From Bdellovibrionales bacterium (GTDB taxonomy: Bacteria; Bdellovibrionota; Bdellovibrionia; Bdellovibrionales; UBA1609), in contig OZ241456.1 of NCBI GenBank assembly GCA_965200875.1, positions 1,088,001 to 1,152,000 on the forward strand: a stretch of 64,000 nucleotides of DNA, written 5' to 3'. The notes under the pieces are model-generated. The model saw only the letters and a list, made by a program, of their open reading frames with translations. It did not search any database and was not told where the DNA came from. Positions 59,658 to 64,000 of this stretch are shown piece by piece. Position numbers and translations under genes: made by a program. Positions within the stretch are counted from its first letter, which is position 1. Each line of letters starts with the position of its first letter.

Positions 59658-62600
59658 TTGAAAAAGCTATTTTATTACTTCATCCAGCACTACAAACTTA
59701 ATTTTGTTATTTTTGTTGCAGGCACTATCTTAGGTATAGCGGGTCTATTGGGATTACAGCGGGAAGCACGACCACCTGTGGATTTCGCACGAGTCATAAT
59801 CACTACAGCACATCCTGGAACCAGCTCTGAAGAAGTGGAAGAGCTAATTACCAACAAATTGGAAGAAAAACTACAAAATATTCGTGGAATCCGGCACAGT
59901 TATTCCACTTCTTCACCCGGATTAAGCCAAATTACCATATACCTAGACCTAGATAACACAGATACAGAAAAAACTGTGGATGAAATTTACCGAGCTGTTC
60001 AAAATGTAAATGATCTTCCTCCTGATCTCCTAGAGTTACCATCTATTCTTCATGTAAAAGCTGAAGAAATACCTATAATGAGTATAGCTATCATCGGGCC
60101 AGATCAAAAGCGAAATCGCATGGCGCATGAATTAAAAATTCTCCTGCAAAACCTACCGGATGTAGCCAATATTCGGCTCACCGGATTTCAAAAAAGAGAG
60201 TATCAAATTCTGCTCAATACACAAAAAACTGAAAAATATTCCATCAGCCCTTCTGAAGTGGCGACAGCTGTAAAATCACATTCCTTGGATATTTCCGCAG
60301 GGCGGGTTCGTTCAGAAAAAACACAAAGTTCTGTGCGTATTTTTGGAAAAATAAGACAAGCCAAAGAATTAGAAAACATAGTGGTGCGTTCCAATTTTTC
60401 GGGAAAACAAATTTTTGTAAAAGACATTGCTTCTGTAAAAGACGCAGAAGAAGATAAGACTGCCTCTTTTTTTGTCAAAGGTAAATCAGCCGTTGTTCTT
60501 CAAGTTAGTAAAAAAGCAAAAACAGATATGCTGAAAACTGTCCGGCAAATCAAAAAATTTTTATCCTTATATAAAAAAAGAATCAGCTCCGACACAAAAA
60601 TTGTTATTCTCTTTGATGAATCAGAAAAAACTTCGAAAAGACTTAATATAGTCATAAGCAATGCTTTATTTGGATTGATACTGGTATTACTGATTCTTAT
60701 AATTTGCCTGCCAGGTTGGCTAGGGGTTGTAACAGCTTTCAGTCTTCCTTTTTCCATTCTTTCTACTGTTGCTCTCTCTGCCTCTATGGGAGTCACTTTT
60801 AATGTTATTACCATGTGTGCCTTTATTATATGTATTGGAATGCTAGTGGATAATTCTATTGTTATCAGCGAACGTTACGCCCAGCTGAGACTGCAAAACA
60901 TTCCACCTGAAAAATCCGCCCTGCAATCCGTATTGGATCTTTTTCGGCCTGTTTTTGCCACCACTATTACCACCATATTGGCTTTTTTACCTATGCTCAT
61001 CACCAAAGGGGTTATGGGGCAATTTATACAATGGTTACCCATTGTCGTCAGCATGGCTTTGATGATTAGCCTCATAGAGTCCTTCTTTTTGCTTCCCTGT
61101 CGACTTAAATTTACAGTTTCTTCCCAAAAACACAGACGAGATTCCGCTTTATTTTTAAAAGTCAGAAATCGATTCGAGTCCTTTATACTGCAAGCTTTAA
61201 ATAAAAAATACCTTTCTCTTTTTATTATTGTTTGTGTTGTACTTGGAAGTTTTTTTGTGAGCAAGTTTAAAAATCGCTGGATTCTTTTCCCAAAAGAAAA
61301 TGTGGAAGTATATTCTGCGATTTTTGAAATGAACAAAAGTGATTCTCTCAAAGAAATGGAAAAAAAATCTCTTAACCTAGAACAACAAATCAAAACCCTG
61401 ATAATAGAAAAAAACATCAAACACACTTACATAGATATCAACAGTCTGACCGGCAAAGGAACTTTAAATATGGAAGTCCTCTCGTCTGTCGCCAGAAAAT
61501 GGAACCATAAAGAAGTGCTGAAAAAACTAAGGACTATAGACGATTCTCCTTTCAAAAAATTACGATTTGAAGCTTTACGCTTAGGTCCGCCTATTGGACG
61601 TCCCGTGGAATTAATTTTATTTTCCAAAAATGAGCAACAACTGGAATCCTCCGCAAAAGAAACATTAAAAATGTTTTCCTCGGTGAAAGGGTTGTTGAAC
61701 ATTGAAGATAGTCGTGAATATTCAGGACCGGAATACGCCATTTACCCAAATACTTCCCTGCTTTCCCGACTGGGGTTGAACACAAAGATTGTTGGTTCTG
61801 TTTTAAGGACGGCTCTTCATGGAGATATTGTCAGTGAAGTGACAGAAAATGGTGAAAGCTTCTATGTACGGGTAAAATACGAAAACAAAAGGCGATCCAA
61901 TATTGATTCCTTAAAGCATGTTAATATTTTTTCGCCAAAAGGAGGAGAGCTTATTCCCATAAACCAGCTTATTCGGTGGAAAAAAAGAGAAAAAGGTGCG
62001 GAAGTAAAAAAGCATTACTTTTTCTCCCCTTCTGTCACTTTTTACGCTGATGTGGATCTGAATCAAACCACCAGCATTACAGCTAATGCAGAAATCAAAA
62101 AAAAGGTGAAAAGCCTGCTAAAAAAATACCCTTCTGTGACTTATAAACAAACCGGTGAACAGGAAAGTACACAGGAATCCCTTAATTCTCTTGTGCAAGC
62201 TATGATTCTGGTTGTGTTTGGTATTTTTGCTGTTTTGCTCTTGATGTTTAACAGCTTCTCCATATCCATATTGATTCTCAGTAATGTTTTTCTGGGGTTG
62301 GTTGGCATCAGCTGGTCTTTTTTACTGCACTCAAAGCCTCTTTCTTTTTTTGCCATGATTGGAACAGTAGGGCTGGCAGGTGTGGTTATCAACTCAGCCA
62401 TTATTCTAGTAAGTTTTATTGAAAAGCTAAAACGAGAAAATAAGACGAAAAATCTCAATAAAGTTTTGGCAAAAGCCTCAGCAGACCGATTACGACCCAT
62501 TTTTATCACAACCATCACAACGGTTTTGGGCCTGTTTCCAACCGCGTACGGCATCGGGGGGTATGATTCTGTTCTCATTCCTGTTACTTTATCCTTAACA

Positions 62601-62726
62601 TGGGGTTTAATCAGTGGAACCCTTTTAACTTTAATTTGGACTCCCTGCGGGTACGCTGTTATTTATGAGCTTACGGATAAAATAAAGAACCTGATAAAGC
62701 GTGTTTGTGAAAAGACAAAAAAATGA
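59658..62726 (+). CDS. RND efflux transporter permease (AcrB family)
   Basis: PGTSSEEVEELIT, IGMLVDNSIVI, RLRPIFITT; TTG start at 59658 (the longer ORF begins inside the tRNA). Confidence 0.92.
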   Translation: MKKLFYYFIQHYKLNFVIFVAGTILGIAGLLGLQREARPPVDFARVIITTAHPGTSSEEVEELITNKLEEKLQNIRGIRHSYSTSSPGLSQITIYLDLDNTDTEKTVDEIYRAVQNVNDLPPDLLELPSILHVKAEEIPIMSIAIIGPDQKRNRMAHELKILLQNLPDVANIRLTGFQKREYQILLNTQKTEKYSISPSEVATAVKSHSLDISAGRVRSEKTQSSVRIFGKIRQAKELENIVVRSNFSGKQIFVKDIASVKDAEEDKTASFFVKGKSAVVLQVSKKAKTDMLKTVRQIKKFLSLYKKRISSDTKIVILFDESEKTSKRLNIVISNALFGLILVLLILIICLPGWLGVVTAFSLPFSILSTVALSASMGVTFNVITMCAFIICIGMLVDNSIVISERYAQLRLQNIPPEKSALQSVLDLFRPVFATTITTILAFLPMLITKGVMGQFIQWLPIVVSMALMISLIESFFLLPCRLKFTVSSQKHRRDSALFLKVRNRFESFILQALNKKYLSLFIIVCVVLGSFFVSKFKNRWILFPKENVEVYSAIFEMNKSDSLKEMEKKSLNLEQQIKTLIIEKNIKHTYIDINSLTGKGTLNMEVLSSVARKWNHKEVLKKLRTIDDSPFKKLRFEALRLGPPIGRPVELILFSKNEQQLESSAKETLKMFSSVKGLLNIEDSREYSGPEYAIYPNTSLLSRLGLNTKIVGSVLRTALHGDIVSEVTENGESFYVRVKYENKRRSNIDSLKHVNIFSPKGGELIPINQLIRWKKREKGAEVKKHYFFSPSVTFYADVDLNQTTSITANAEIKKKVKSLLKKYPSVTYKQTGEQESTQESLNSLVQAMILVVFGIFAVLLLMFNSFSISILILSNVFLGLVGISWSFLLHSKPLSFFAMIGTVGLAGVVINSAIILVSFIEKLKRENKTKNLNKVLAKASADRLRPIFITTITTVLGLFPTAYGIGGYDSVLIPVTLSLTWGLISGTLLTLIWTPCGYAVIYELTDKIKNLIKRVCEKTKK

Positions 62727-62826
62727 TTTTACCTATGAAATAAAAGATTATTTTACAATTTCATATATGATAAAATTATAATCAACAAACTTTGAAAACA
62801 ATTTTAAGCTTACAAGAGAGGTTAGT

Positions 62827-63906
62827 GTGTTTCATGGAGTTTTGCTTATTAATAAGGAAGCGGGAGGTACTAGTCACGATATCGTGAGTGCGGTAAGGCG
62901 TATATTGGGTCAAAAGAAGGTTGGACACGCTGGCACTTTGGATCCTCTGGCAGAAGGTCTGATAGTTATTTTACTGGGATATGGCACCAAGCTATCTGAT
63001 TATTTACTGACAAACGATAAGAAATACCACTTCATCCTACGTTTGGGAGTTGTAACAGACACTCTGGATAAAACCGGTAAAATTATTGAAAAAAAAGAAG
63101 TCCGAACTACCAAGGAGCAAATTACACAGGTTCTGCAAAAAAGCCAAGGTCAGATTTCTTTACCCGTGCCTTTGGTTTCTGCCGTAAAGGTAAAAGGAAA
63201 AAAACTGTATGAATATAAAAGAGCGAATCAGACTGTTACCACTCCCCTTAGAGATATGTTTTTTCGTGACCTAGAAATAAAAAATGTTCAAAAGGAAACA
63301 GCAGAGGTAGTGCTTTCCTGCAGTAAAGGAAGTTATGTTCGATCTTGGGTGTCTTTTGTGGGGGAAAAACTTGGAACAGGTGCCTGTTTGGAAAACTTAA
63401 CCCGTTTGGAGTCTTTTCCTTTTAAGGCTAGTTCTGCTCTTACTTTGCGTGAAGTGGAAAAACGAATAAGGGAAGAATTATGTGAAACTGATTTGAAAAG
63501 CACACAACTTCCCACACAGCCCAAAGGTCAGCTTCCTGATCCAACATCCGAAGACAGTAATAATGAAACAATAGAAAAAAAAGGTAAAAAACCTGCAAAC
63601 TTTCTGAGAGCAGAACAATTTTGCAAAATATTGGAGCCAGCTTTTATACCTTTTTCTCAAGCTATTCCTCATATTCAGTCAATAAACGCAGAAACGCGAA
63701 ATGATGAAATACAGCTGAGACAGGGAAAAATATCCCGCAATCTTAAGATGCGATTAATGGAAGAGCAGAAAACTGTTAATAAGAATAAAAAAAACCGCAC
63801 TGTTCGGGTAATGAATTACAATAATGGAAAAATGCTGGCTTTGTTGGAGCTTAAGCCCTTTGTTTCTACAAAGTGCTTAAAAGTATTCCCTTCCGAGTTA
63901 TCCTGA
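62827..63906 (+). CDS. truB: tRNA pseudouridine(55) synthase
   Basis: NKEAGGTSHD, KVGHAGTLDPLAEG, SAVKVKGKKLYE, CSKGSYVRS. Confidence 0.96.
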   Translation: MFHGVLLINKEAGGTSHDIVSAVRRILGQKKVGHAGTLDPLAEGLIVILLGYGTKLSDYLLTNDKKYHFILRLGVVTDTLDKTGKIIEKKEVRTTKEQITQVLQKSQGQISLPVPLVSAVKVKGKKLYEYKRANQTVTTPLRDMFFRDLEIKNVQKETAEVVLSCSKGSYVRSWVSFVGEKLGTGACLENLTRLESFPFKASSALTLREVEKRIREELCETDLKSTQLPTQPKGQLPDPTSEDSNNETIEKKGKKPANFLRAEQFCKILEPAFIPFSQAIPHIQSINAETRNDEIQLRQGKISRNLKMRLMEEQKTVNKNKKNRTVRVMNYNNGKMLALLELKPFVSTKCLKVFPSELS

Positions 63907-64000
63907 TGTCTGAGAAAGTGGTCACTCATTAGTGGTCTGTGAAATGTAAGTGTTCAGTAATTCGTTGACAAAATCATTTTTTGTATTGACAGGCGAAAAA

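Overview
AT-rich bacterial chromosome segment. Gene content (MaeB malic enzyme/PTA fusion, GHMP/mevalonate-kinase-like gene, Flp pilin and CpaF, split ComEC, many Cys-rich secreted proteins, sigma28-type promoters) suggests a Bdellovibrionota-like organism; this is inference. The housekeeping backbone comprises ssb, radA, comEC, ftsW-murG-murC-murB, rnc, ilvA/tdcB, maeB, purD, pheST, eno, pyrC, an RND pump, truB, tRNA-Cys(GCA) and tRNA-Leu(CAA). Accessory patches interrupt it. (1) A four-unit tandem array (40841-42687) of leaderless, individually promoted membrane-anchored coiled-coil genes of stepwise decreasing length, with a dispersed relative at 14762 that has the same promoter geometry. 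(2) A dispersed MITE/REP-like family with terminal motif TAGT-N4-YGTGAAAAA and an ATTCCC-N8-GGGAAT core; its TAG is the stop codon of several genes. (3) Two decaying defence islands: a Gabija-like pair with the TOPRIM nuclease apparently deleted, plus a Panacea fragment and BrnT(stop)/BrnA; and a TerB-C / DUF2791-type ATPase / Lhr helicase operon followed by an Rpn C-terminal module. The two islands share short Rpn and brnT sequence patches 27 kb apart. All calls were made by eye without database searches.
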